NCBI GenBank assembly: GCA_028023455.1
Contig: JAQFVV010000001.1
Span: 5,890,001-5,954,000 of the forward strand
Length of the DNA stretch: 64,000 bases
Reading direction: 5' to 3'
DNA from: Epiperipatus broadwayi
Lineage: Eukaryota > Animalia > Onychophora
Both the position numbers and the translations under genes were made by a program. Below are positions 25,411 to 38,680 of this stretch, one piece after another; position 1 is the first letter of the stretch; each line of letters starts with the position of its first letter. The notes beneath the pieces were generated by a model. The model saw nothing but the letters and a program-made list of their open reading frames with translations. It had not been told where the DNA came from and made no database searches.

Positions 25411-27647
25411 TAGACATATTTAGATTTTTACTTACTTATAAATGCAGTCATTACATTATAAAGGAATATTTTTCATGTAATAATCTATATAAAATTTTAG
25501 CTACAATATAACCAGATGACAATCTATTATAACTAGCAATGCAAATAGAAATCTATGATCCTGTAATGGTAGTAATATATGTCTGAGCTACATTAAATTA
25601 AAAAAAAATGTTTTTAGCTTAATACTTTAAGTGATATAACACTGTATATAAAGACATTATTATTAATGATATATTACTAATTAATGAGTAATTGGTTGGT
25701 AAATATTAGAATAGTGATGACTTATGTACATGTAAAAAAAGAATTTATATAATGGAGGACAGAAAAAAAGGAAGATTTTTAGATATATGACAAAACTATT
25801 AGCTATTGGAATTTGTTTAGCTGTACTTTCAATTACTGATGATGGATGGAAGATTTTTGTTATTGGCTTAAGAAAATGATGGTCTTATGAACCTTTGTGG
25901 AGGGATTTTGTCTCAGACTCTGCATTAACCTACTCACAAATTAATATACATCAATATTTAAATCTTAAAGTAACCAGGCTTAACTTTCAATATATCCATT
26001 CTTCATATATTTTGTCAGAATTAGACTTTAAATAATACTCATAAAATAGGCTTGAAATTCCAAATATTTTATTAATTACCTGTATTTAAGTAGGTTACTA
26101 TGTTTAAATTGAAATAGCATTTCTTTTTTGTTCATGTTGATGGTTGAATATTTACATATCTCAGGATTGTAGGACCCTTTCTGTTTAATTATTGAAATGC
26201 CAGTCATATTTCTAGCAAAACGATAGAGTATTCGGTTTGATTGATGAATTATTTTATATAAGTATATATGTATATTTATGAAAAACATTTATTATCAAGA
26301 GTGTGTTTATTTTCTCTATTTCCAAAAATATCCTTGAAAGTCTGTATATATATATATATAAGAACTAATTACAGACAGAAGTTAAAATGAAGACTAGAAT
26401 GCTTTAAATATTAATAATATGTTTGTGATATTTAAAATAAATTATTTAAAATTATTTAAAATTAAATGAAGAGGTCTTTCTTACACAAATATACTATTTG
26501 AATTAATTGCTGACAAAAATCTAAAATTCTAATGTAAAAAAAGAAAAGAAAACTATTTTTGTATAAAGAAAGGTGTTTATTTTAACCCCTTCACGATCAA
26601 ATTTTGTAATTAAAATGAGGTTAAATGTGCAAAATTTAATTTTCATATATGTTGCCTTCAGATTGACTTATATTTTTCTCCAAATACAACTATTTTTTTA
26701 TTTAAATTATTTCTAAAATTAATTTTTAACATAACTAAAAGAGTACAAAAATTGCAAAAGTCATAAATGCATTTAAGAAAATAAACAGGTTCATTTTTTT
26801 TTGGATTCGCATTAATTCTCTAACAGAATTTGATGCTTAAATAGTTCTAAAAAATTGAGAGTCAGCTTTAAAATCCAGAATTTTATTATCAATAATATAC
26901 ATTTAATTTACTTACACTCATTGTATTACATGATATTGAGTTGATGATCAGCATGCTGATCATAACATTGATATATTGACTACAGAACTGATTTCAGCAA
27001 TTTAATACATGCTATATCCTTTTGGATAATGGACTTGATGATGATGGTTATTATTATCATTATCAAATGTATAGGCTGCATTTTTTATTCATACAATGAT
27101 TTATTATTTATACCAGTTATAATTAATAACAGCAAAGAATACCATTGGCATTTATTTATATTTTTCTAATTTGATGCAGTAGTGTGAGATAGGCTAATCA
27201 TTATCACATACGATTATTTGCTGTGTGAGTTGGCATTTGGCATTATTTATATGTGAATGATTTAAATACGCTTTATTGTATCAGTGGGATAGTGATGAAC
27301 TTGAGGACTAAAGAGTTCTAGATTAAAACTCAATCTGTCACTTTTATTGTTCAAACATCACATAATCTAGCAAGCAACTAATTACTTGAAGACATAAATA
27401 TAAAATTACATTTACACACATTTTGAACACATAATTGCAGATATTTTAGAAAATCATATCAATGTCTTTCAAGATTCTATTTGATCAAACAGAGATTTTT
27501 TTTACAATGCTCACACATCATTGCATATTTTGATATATTAAACTATCGTGATAAAGAGATGTATTACAGGCAAGAGCCTTGGACAATTTTAATTAATGTC
27601 TGATTATACCAAAATGCAGTTTATAATGGTATTGACTTTTTGTGTGT

Positions 27648-28347
<700 letters not shown>

Positions 28348-30129
28348 ATAAGAAGGATGTATAGCATTTTAAGTTTTATTGAATTTAACAAATCTTATTA
28401 GAAAAAAATGAAGAATTTAAATTAAATGAATAATATTAGTTGCTGGGTTTTAGTGATTAATTATTGTATTAACCATTAATTGAATGTAAAGTATATATCT
28501 GGACTAAAAAATGAAATAATTTATGTTCTTTAAAAAAATAATTAATAGTCTTTAACGTATTTATATCTAAGATGATTTTCTCTAAAATTAATGTGTTCTA
28601 GAAATATTATTTTTGGAAACTGAATTACATATATCAAATGTGTAATATTGGTTTAAATGTGTAATATTGGTTTTTAAAGAGCTTTTGTCTTTATAGCATG
28701 GTTTTAATACAGATCTTATATCTCACTAATTAATGATCGTTTTTCATATTTAATCTACTAACTACATTATTGTTGTGAAATACATATGTTTTGCATATTA
28801 AAATATAATTCCAATTTTGCAGTGCTTTTGCTTAATATTTTCATGTCGTTTTCTCTTGTGGATTTTTTTAAAAAAAAGGGTATTTACAATTCTGTGTTTA
28901 TTTTTCATTTTTTTCTCCATAATCAAATTTATTTACAGCGTTTATATCTTTCAATTATTTCTCATATTGTATCACTACAATTTTCCATGACAATTTTAAA
29001 ATGTTTCTTCTGATCAAAAACATTATGTAAACATACATCAAGTGCTCTATTATTTTATGCCATGAGAATAATTATTTTTTTACAATCTGCCTGATATATT
29101 AACAATGATTATCAATTTATTCTTTAAGCATTTATTTAAAAATATTATTCTAATTATGACTCCAATATCCTCTGTGAAAATCAATTATCTTCCCTTTTTC
29201 TTTTAAAAGCGTAAAGTACTACCATGTTTATTTAATATGAGATAATTTTGTTTACAATTTATGACTCCCCTCATTTGAAAGCAATCTACTTTTATAAGTA
29301 GATAAATAGAAGATCATATTCATCCACTGCAAAACAAATGTCTTTCTAACAGCCTTTTCTAAAAGAACTATGAAGAATAAGCTATTTAATCACCAACTTG
29401 ATTGCTGTCTGAAAGTGAATTATATGTTGTAACGGTCAATATGCAAAAGGTAAACAATGGGTTTGAACCACGAACCAACGATATACACTGATATATTAAA
29501 TGTGTATCATGAATCTTGATTCAAAGTAAATATTTATATTAGACTAAAAAATATGATGATTTATAACATAAGTACAAGTTCTCCCGAAAGTATTTTATTT
29601 GTTTTTCTGTTTCAATAAAATAAAAATGAAACTCTCAGGTGCCAAACCTATCTAGAAAGTTTACCCTTGGAAAATTTACTAACGCATAAGCATCATCATT
29701 TACAAATTATTACTGCCATCCCTGCATATCGTCCAGTGAATTGCTTGATTTCACGGGTTGTAGATATTATGTAGCATAGTGGATATTAAAGCACAATATT
29801 TGGATTGAGTTCGATAAGCAAACACAAACTAAATGATTAATAAAAAAATTACTTAATTTATTAAGAATGAATGAATAAGTAAAACTGTTGCATATATACT
29901 TGAAAATATTAATAGTATACAGAATATAAAATATAAAAAATATTTTTAATTTAAGTTTAAGCCTTAACTATAAAGACAAGATCTTACCACCTAAAATATT
30001 TAAATAGTTTCAAACCATGGTTTTCTGCAGCTATCGTTCTTTTTTTTTTTAGTTTCCAAAATAATTTATTAAAGATTGTATTATTATATTAGAGGTTATT
30101 TGGTACATATTTTGTTTAAAGTGTTTTCT

Positions 30130-31530
30130 TATTTTTTCATTTGGTTTTCCCCAATTTGAGTCTATTACTCTTATGTTTTCTCCTTTTTGCAGCATCCTGC
30201 TATTGGTTGAGCCACGGAGAGGATAAATCCAGCATGTCCCAAGTCATGGTAAAAGTAACCTCAGGGATTATCAGGCTATCTCTTGTTCTTGTTTTCTTTA
30301 GATTGCTCTGCATGGAGTTAATAGGATTAAAATTTTGATGTTTAAATACTATCTTACATCTAGTAATCCATAATAAATGATCAAGAATTAATGAGAGTCT
30401 AATTTCTGGGTATGATCCTTTTCTGATACATTCTTTCAAATTAAATAATTTAGATTGATTTGCCTTGATCCCATTCATTAGTGTATTTTTAAATTGCATT
30501 AGCTGATTACTTATGAATCTGAAATGGTTGATGGTTTCATCTTCTTTTTTTGAAAATCATGCAGGTTAAGACATTTTTTGAGTACCCTCTTTTATTAACT
30601 AAAAATTCATTAGTAAGTAATGCATTTACTTTGGTTTTGGTTAGATAATCCAAATATTTGGACTCTAAGCTCCATCTTTTGAATTTCCTTATTAATTTAT
30701 CATTTGAGATGGCTAAACTTGAGAGATGGTCTTATAAGTCAGTGTGTTTTATACTAAAGGCCTGCCAGTATGTTAATTTGTTTTGAAATGTGTCTTTATT
30801 GATTGTTATGCATTTTGTAAGCTCATTTAGTTATAGATCCAGCCAGTTTCTTCTGCGCGAAGATGGCGACTGGTCTGTTGGAATGATGATTGTAAGAATT
30901 TCTTTATTCTCTTGATTCATTTTTAATATATTATGGAGAAAATTGTATGACTTCTGGAACCATAAAGTAGAAATGTCATGAAGACCCATTCCATTAATGG
31001 CCCTGGGTCATTGCATCTGTCTGTAGCTTATCGATACTGTTTTATTTTCCAGAATAGCCTAGAGCATAAGGATACAATTCTTGAGGTGAACCGTTTAGTA
31101 GGCTTGATCACAGGGAAATAATAATTAATCTTTGTCAATACCATCATGTTTAATAATGTGACTTTACCATAGATGGAAAGTTATATTTAAGATAATGATG
31201 TGGTTATCTTTTTGGGTGCCTCCAACAGGGATTGTTTCTTTTAATATATTTAAGGTTATTTTCATTAATTCCTCCAAAGATGGTAATTCTTCTCCTTGGG
31301 CACTGGTCATGTTGAGAGAAACTACAGCAGTACTAGTGATATTATATAGGTATAATATCAATAGGTCTTGAGTAGTTCCTAGGCATTGTCCATTTCTTTC
31401 TTTGCAACATTATTAAGGCAGGCACTGGCTGGTTATGGCAAATTTCAGCGTTGATTCTGGATTTGGATCCGATTGCATTTTCTGGGTACTTAGGCCGGTA
31501 TAGTTTTTGCTGTCTAGTCACACACACTTC
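30130..31530 (-). mobile_element. L1/Tx1-like LINE, RT C-terminal region, decayed
   Basis: SIYGKVTLLNMMVLTKINYYFP and PRAINGMGLHDISTLW (cf. LSLLGRI.LIK..ILPK..Y and .GGLGL.D); LIRKFKRWSLESKYLD aligns with the 63-kb copy. Confidence 0.7.
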
Positions 31531-32429
31531 TGTTAGATAAAAGTCATCTTACTTACTGTTATAAATTAAATATTGAAAATTACTATAAAAAGTCTGCAAG
31601 ATACAAATATTCAGGTTACTGTAAAAAACGGTTTTAATCAGCATTTCTCTCCTTGGCATTGGATCACTGTAACACTGCTTTTTAAATAGAGTCTTCAAAT
31701 AAATTAAATACTCTGAACTACCTGAACAGAACTGAAATATATTAGCGTGCTTGTCTCAGACCTATTTATGCCTATTTGATGTTGTTTACCAACATATTGT
31801 CCGAACTATAAATTCTTCAGCTTATTATAAGTGTTTGACCTGTTTCCTTACAACATGTTTTTGGAAACATTTTCTTTATATTCTCTTTACAACATGTGGA
31901 AACAATTTTACAGATATCATATCATGATTTGATACATAAATGCAAGAAAGAAGAAAAATGGTTTCTCTCTCTCTCTTTTTTATTTAGAAAGAAATAAAAA
32001 TCGTTACTACATTTAAATTTTAAATGATAACTTTTAAAATATTACCAATTCCAAAATTTTAGCATCGTTTTTAGATTTTTCATGAAATTTATAATAAAAT
32101 GTGGAAAATTTTATTCAAAATTACCGACAAAAAAGGCAAATATAAAACGTATAAAATGCTGTTGATTTTTATGAATTATGCTGTACAAACTTCTTGCGCG
32201 CATGAAAACAAATTTTTTATTTTATTTTACAGTGCAATTTAACATTATATTTTTCATATATTACAAAGTAAATATTTAATAATATGACAAATGCATAAAC
32301 TAACTTTTTATAAATATTTTTAGGCAATTTATTCAAGTGAACGTATATACACGCACATACACATATGGTCGTTTATCTCGGCCGTTTATCTATTTATTAG
32401 TCGGTTTATATGAGTTTTTAATAAATATT

Positions 32430-33150
32430 TTTTGCCCATGCAGCTCTGTAATATAACTAATTTGTGCTGCGATCCGATATGTTATAGTTACACTGTATAT
32501 TACTTGCAAATTTTATTAATGCAATGCATGATAAAAGTTTCTCAACTGATATATGTTACATTATCTTCAATTCTATATCCATTTTTGCCTATTTACATTT
32601 TTGATAATGTCAATGGTTCCAGTTTGTTTTGCCATTTACGTATTTTACTTTTAATTCCTATTTTAATATATATATTTTACAGTGGAGCACAACATTTTTG
32701 TATCAATCTTCTATTGACTACCCAAGTCTCACATTCTTATGTTACTTTGTGGAACATATTAGTTAAAATCCATCATTTTCAAACACGTATATCTTTTTAA
32801 AATTACGTTATATTTTACTAAAAACATTCATTCATACCAAGTTTAATTCCGTGTTTATTTTTTCTCTATTAATAATTTGATCAAGTGCATTTGTAGCTGG
32901 TAGCTTCTTAAATAATTTATGACTAATAATATTTTTAGACATTTCTTTTTTTTTTTTTTTTTTTTGGAAAAAGCTATTTGACATTACTTAAGGTTATTAT
33001 TTTTTATTTCCTCTTTTGATTTTGTCTGATAGCTTTATAACACTTCCTAATATCCCTTCTGCATTATTTGTGAAAACAACTACATAATCCCCAAAAACTA
33101 CATTAATTGGTCTTTATTTTTTTGATTCCCTTTACTTCCCATTTTAATTA
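32430..33150 (-). mobile_element. Highly decayed RTE-like LINE fragment
   Basis: FGDYVVVFTNNAE (FADD region) near 33070-33100 and ECETWVVN near 32715-32740. Confidence 0.45.
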
Positions 33151-33199
33151 CAAAATACTTTTTTAAAAATTGTTATAAACAGTTTTGGAATGTGATTTT

Positions 33200-35850
33200 C
33201 AATATCATTCAAATCCATCATTTTAATCTGTAACCTCATAGAGACAGTATGTGAAGCATTTCAATTACTTTTCATTTTTCTCAATTTTAGATTATATATA
33301 ATGGCTCATGGAATTTGTGGCCAATATTTTACCTAATTTGATCTATCCATAGTGGATGCTCTAATTCTTTTTAATAACAACCTTTTCTATAATATCGAGT
33401 CTTCTCATTAGGTGTCCAAAATATATAATTAATTATCTATATCTTGATTGATTCGCACTGATGGTCATTGTTGTCATTAATTTCTTCTAAAATAAATGTG
33501 TTAGCTCTGTGGGAAATCCGAGATATTAGAACATTATCTATTAGCACAACATCTGGTATGCATCAATTGTTTTTATCATTGACTTTTTAAAAATATCAGT
33601 ATTATTTGGCATAATTACAGATTGTAAAAATAAAATCATGAGCCAATTTTAATTTCGTAATTTGAAATATTCAGCTTTTATTCTTTCATATTTTAGCAAG
33701 TTTTTCATAGTATTTTTGGCTATAATAATTATCTAATTATATCTTGACCACAATGACCGTTACTGACTTAAGGACCTAGATGTTCAATTTCTTCAACCAT
33801 TGTGAGTGATATTATCGTTAATCATAATTTTTGTTTTTATGATATTTATTTCAACACCATACAATTTACTTTTCCCTTACATTTGTTAACTTTTCTTCTT
33901 TATAAGACAAGATCAAGATGTCATCAGCATATCGCAAACTATTTGTGTTTTTTCTACAGCTATTCCAACCTTCAAAAATAATATTACTAAAAAGAATGGA
34001 AGCGTACATATCCTTGCATTGTTTTAATAACATTTTGTCTATTTTGATTTAAGGGAAAACATATTAATAGATAGTTTAGATGTGTTGTATCTGATACAAA
34101 AATATTCTCAGTCCTTGAGTAATATCTACACTATAGCATTTTTCTTTTCTTTTAATAAAAACTTTTTGTAGTCCACAAAGCATATATCTATTTTGACACT
34201 GCACATTTTTCATCCAACTATTTCTCTTGTGTCTATTTTTTATATGAATTCAATCTGCTTATTAGATATTGTGAAAGAGTGAATGTGTTTAGAAATTAAT
34301 TGATTATGTTCAATGCTACTAACATGAAAAATTAAGGCTATTGTTATATAATAATTACAATTAGCTAGATTGTCTTTATTATAAAATGACACTATTCTTT
34401 TTGTTATATTATGATTCCTCAAATCATTTAATACAGTTTGTAAATGATTTCATTTTTATCTGACCCAATACTTTTTGTAATTTTAGTTAAGGTTTTCTGT
34501 TGTTTAACTTCCACATAGTTTTATTTATTTCAGATATGAGAATGCTTTATTTTAAATCTTTTTTAAATTGTTCTTTAAATATATGATTGATATGACTCAT
34601 AGTAAAAATGGTTCTTACTATCTTTTTTATGCTTTCATTATTTCTATTAATATTGTCATCATAATATTTTTTGAAGTGCTATCTTTACATTATTTAAATT
34701 GTTTTCAAATTATCATATAGGAGTTCTTATCTTTCTTATAATGTTTAATTTTCCAGTTTTTAAATTGTGTTCTGTTAATCGTATTCTTGAATAAAATATA
34801 ATGTGATATTCAACATTAGATTTATATTTTTGAGACATTATTTCATGTATATTAACTTTATTTGTTTCTGAGATCGATTTTTTAATATTAGGTCATTATT
34901 TCCGGAAATCTTGGTTAATATTAGATGCCTTAATTGTTGGAGAGCATACTATGAGTTTGATTATGAGTTTGAGTCATAGTATTATTAATAGTAGTCATTA
35001 ATTCTACTATGTTTTGAATTTAAACTTTTTATTATTATAAATATTGTTGGAGTCTATTAAAATGAAATGGTGATTTGGATCATGATGGATTGTCAAGTTC
35101 TCTATTATAAAGCTTCATTAATTGCTGAATTGTATGAAACATTCTTATATATATATATATATATTGACACTTTTATAATTTCCCCATCACATTTTTTAAA
35201 TGAGTATTTATTTTTTAAATTAAATTCTTCATGTTAAACTTCATGATTATTGTATTTTGATAAATATTTTCGAAATTCACAACATTCTGAGTCTCTAAGT
35301 TTATGTTTTAAATCTTTAATCACCAGCTGGAGAACTTACGGATTCAAATATCTTTTTGTAAATTACAAAATGACCTTACTAACTCATTGATATACTTTAT
35401 AACTTCATTTAATACTTGGATTCTATCCATGTATTATAATGTCTTTTGAATCAAGATTGCTCTTTTGATGGATTTTTAAATTTTTGTATGCTTAGTAGAA
35501 ATCTTGCATAGAAATAATAGGTCTTCAATTGCCAATATTTTTTCATTGATATCATTACTACATTTTCCAAATCATCTACTATGTTGTCATTAATTTGACT
35601 ATTATTGTTAAGCTTTGCTAACAATTTATTTTTTACTTGCTTTTTAAAAAATATTTATAATGATTCCTTAATTTCTTGGAGCTTTTTTATTCTCTATAGG
35701 TTTAAATAAATGTCTTATCTTTTTATTAAAAATACTAAGCATTTTAGATGTTAGTATAAAGCAAAATAACTCATGTTCATTGATAATTTTTAAAATTTTT
35801 TAATACTAGTCCAGTTTGTTATATAATACACACAACATATATATAACAGA
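33200..35850 (-). mobile_element. Decayed RTE-clade LINE (EN remnant + RT)
   Basis: DICFVDYKK (~34170-34190), LRYADDILIL (~33910-33940), WIDQI (~33340-33355); the upstream part is very decayed. Confidence 0.65.
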
Positions 35851-35984
35851 TTTTCAATTTATATTTATATATATAATAATATTATAATTCGATATCTGTA
35901 TTTCTTCAAAGCAATATACGTAATTATATAATGAATATTTATAAATACAGTAATCAGATATATGTAAAATATAACTTTAAAATT

Positions 35985-36690
35985 TTTATCCACTTGGGAG
36001 CCCTTTCGACTATCTTCATAGTCTTTGTCAACTAACACTTTGAAAGGTGAAACTTCCCACAATTCAACGATCTTAACGTTTGCTGCCTGACTCTTAATTA
36101 AGTCATGTTTGTATTTCTATATAACATAGCTTTCTTTATTTTCCTTTTGTTGTTATTTTTTTCAGTTTGCAATATTTTTACATTATTATATTGAAGTTAA
36201 AACCATAAATACATGGTCGTAAAAAACGGACACTGAAGCATTATCTACTTTGCAATTTTGTTTCAGTTTCTGAACCTTTTTAATAACAGCAAGAGCTCTT
36301 TAATTATTTTTTCAAATGTACATCTCAATTCACCTATATATACATTACCACACCTACATATCCATTTAAAAATGATACAATTTACTCTTTAGAGTTATTT
36401 ATTAATTTGTTTAATGTAGGAGGTGTGTAAAATGCAATATCATATATATCTTTATAAATTTTCCTTATAAAATTTACTTGATAATTCGAAATATATGGTA
36501 TTCATATCCATATTTTTTATTAGCAGGAGAATCAATTTATTATTAAATTTTTATTTTATATTTTGTATTAAAATCTTTAATAACATTATATATATGATTA
36601 TAATTGTAGCCAACATTTAACAAATCATTCGAATATATTTCATTGCCTTTATCAGATGAATATTTGCAAAGACTATTATTTTTAAATATA
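35985..36690 (-). mobile_element. Decayed Penelope-like element: RT thumb + GIY-YIG + 3' UTR
   Basis: YDIAFYTPPTLNKLINNSKE, WICRCGNVYIGE..TFEK.IKE, ILQTEKNNNKRKIKKAML, LIKSQAANVKIVELW, across frameshifts. Confidence 0.75.
35990..36040 (-). ncRNA. Decayed HHR-like motif directly after the PLE ORF
   Basis: Reverse complement: TTGACAA-a-GACTAT-gaag-ATAGTC-GAAA-gggc-TC-ccaag. TTGACAA may derive from CTGACGA. Confidence 0.45.
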
Positions 36691-38129
36691 TATATATATA
36701 TATATAGTACCCTGCCCATAGACAGATGACCCCTAGAGGATGTAACAAGTTCCTAAAATTGGGCTATTAGGTAAAATTTAATATTTTTATTATTTCTAAA
36801 CTATATTTAGTTAATATTAGCAATTCTGAGACCCACTTATGATATTAACAAGATTACATATCCTTTAACATTAAATAAATACTGAAGTATTCATCCAATG
36901 GCATAAGAATCCCCAGACACTCCTCTTTATTAAATATCTAAATATTCCCATGACTAATAAGAATAATTAAATAAATATAATAAAACATCTATAATTATTA
37001 AATTTAAGTTAACCTAATTAATAAGTTATACTATTGTTTTGTTGTATATATGACCTTTTATTATTATTACTTTTACAGGATTATAATTTAAAATAACCAT
37101 AATAATAATAAATCAGCATTTATTTTTTATAGCGTCTGTATACAATTGTAATCACATTCATATCGGCTTTAACCAAATTGTGCAAACGCTTTTTACAAGT
37201 GTTAAATAATAAATGAATACCCTCTGACCCATACAAGATATAGAATTTATGCAGCAATAAAAGGAATCCTCTTATTACTACGACTCAAATATTTATATAT
37301 GAGCAAATCTAAAGTACTGGCACAGAAGGTGTGACTATAGAACAGTCACTTTGAATTACTATATATAACTTATGAATAAATGACACCGATGAAATTTACT
37401 AGAATTTACTGAACGTCATTCCAACGGAAATTAATCATATACATAAATCAGCATTTATTTTTTAATTAGGAAAAGACAATATTAATCTATAATTAAAACT
37501 ATTTTACTACTTTATATTAATTTTCTCTACTATTGTATAATAAATCACTATTGTTATTTAAATTGTAATCATCATTTAGAACTTTAATCAAAAACTAATT
37601 CCTAATCCGATTTCCTAGAAATAAACAGACTTTACTAGATTTACAATGTATTTTATCAATGACTGATGTAATCAAGGCAGTATGCCATAATTTAAGATTC
37701 CATTTAAGAAATATTTTCCCAGATAACTGTGATACAATATCTCGTGCTTTTTTAGTATGTGATCTTCACCATTTTAAATTTCAAATGTCATCTGACACAT
37801 ATATTACATGGTGGCTTTTTTTTCAAATTAGTTCTCAATTTTTGATTTCTATGTGTGTTGCTTTTAATTTATATTATGGATACGTAACATGACAGAAATC
37901 ATGTACTAAAAAGCACCATATAGAGGGGAACATGAAATTTTATTCCTAGTGATTTTCAATTGATCTCCTATCTGACTCACAATCAGTTAAATGTCCAAGT
38001 GCCTGCTTGTAATTACATTACATAGAAAATCATTTCCATACTACTAAGATTAAAAATAATTTTTAACGGAAAGTAATTAACAGCTTTTATTATTTTCTTT
38101 TATATTTCTTTAAAATAATTTTTTATCTT

Positions 38130-38322
38130 TAGAAATACAGGCCTTTTTATGTATCTGGAGCTTAATTGTAATTATATAGAGGATTTGAACACAAATTTTT
38201 CTTTTTAAGCACCTTTCAACTACCCACACTAACTCATGACCACATCTAGAAAAGATATATAATCACCAGTATAAGTATTTTGTGATGAACAAGCACTCAT
38301 CAGTTAGTACAGATCATGATCT

Positions 38323-38376
<54 letters not shown>

Positions 38377-38680
38377 AAAATCAGTGCTCAGTTTATATTA
38401 AGATAGTAAATTTCCACACTTTAATGCACAGGCTTCAATTTACTCCACCCTCCAAATCTTTAGCTAGCCATCCCATTGAAAATCTGATGACGGAATCCCC
38501 AAATTCCATGCTGATGCCCATATTATTGTTATACCCATGTTGTCCTGAAGTCACTGTGAGCTCTCATATATTGGATCTTATCTATTTAAATACATAGGAG
38601 AGGGATGGCCAGGATGCAGGCTTAATGTGTAATATTTGAAATACAGCCCTTCTTCATATACCTGGGCTTAATTGTAAGAT
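38130..38680 (-). mobile_element. Permuted copy of the ~490-500-nt HHR family with terminal direct repeat (506-bp period); inactivated HHR at ~38260-38315
   Basis: GAAATACAG...CT(G)GG.GCTTAATTGTAA at 38132 and 38638. Reverse complement CTAA-CTGATGA-GTGCTTGTTCATCAC-AAAA-tact-TA-TACTGG. Body aligns with 22440-22680. Confidence 0.7.

Noticed and set aside
31620-31900. Possible mariner DD(34)D remnant (AVLQ*SNAK) on the - strand
   Set aside because: A single weak motif and no TIRs identified.
35865-36120. Apparent host exon (KYKHDLIKSQAANVKIVELWEVSPFK...)
   Set aside because: It is the C-terminus and UTR of the decayed Penelope element at 36.0-36.7 kb.
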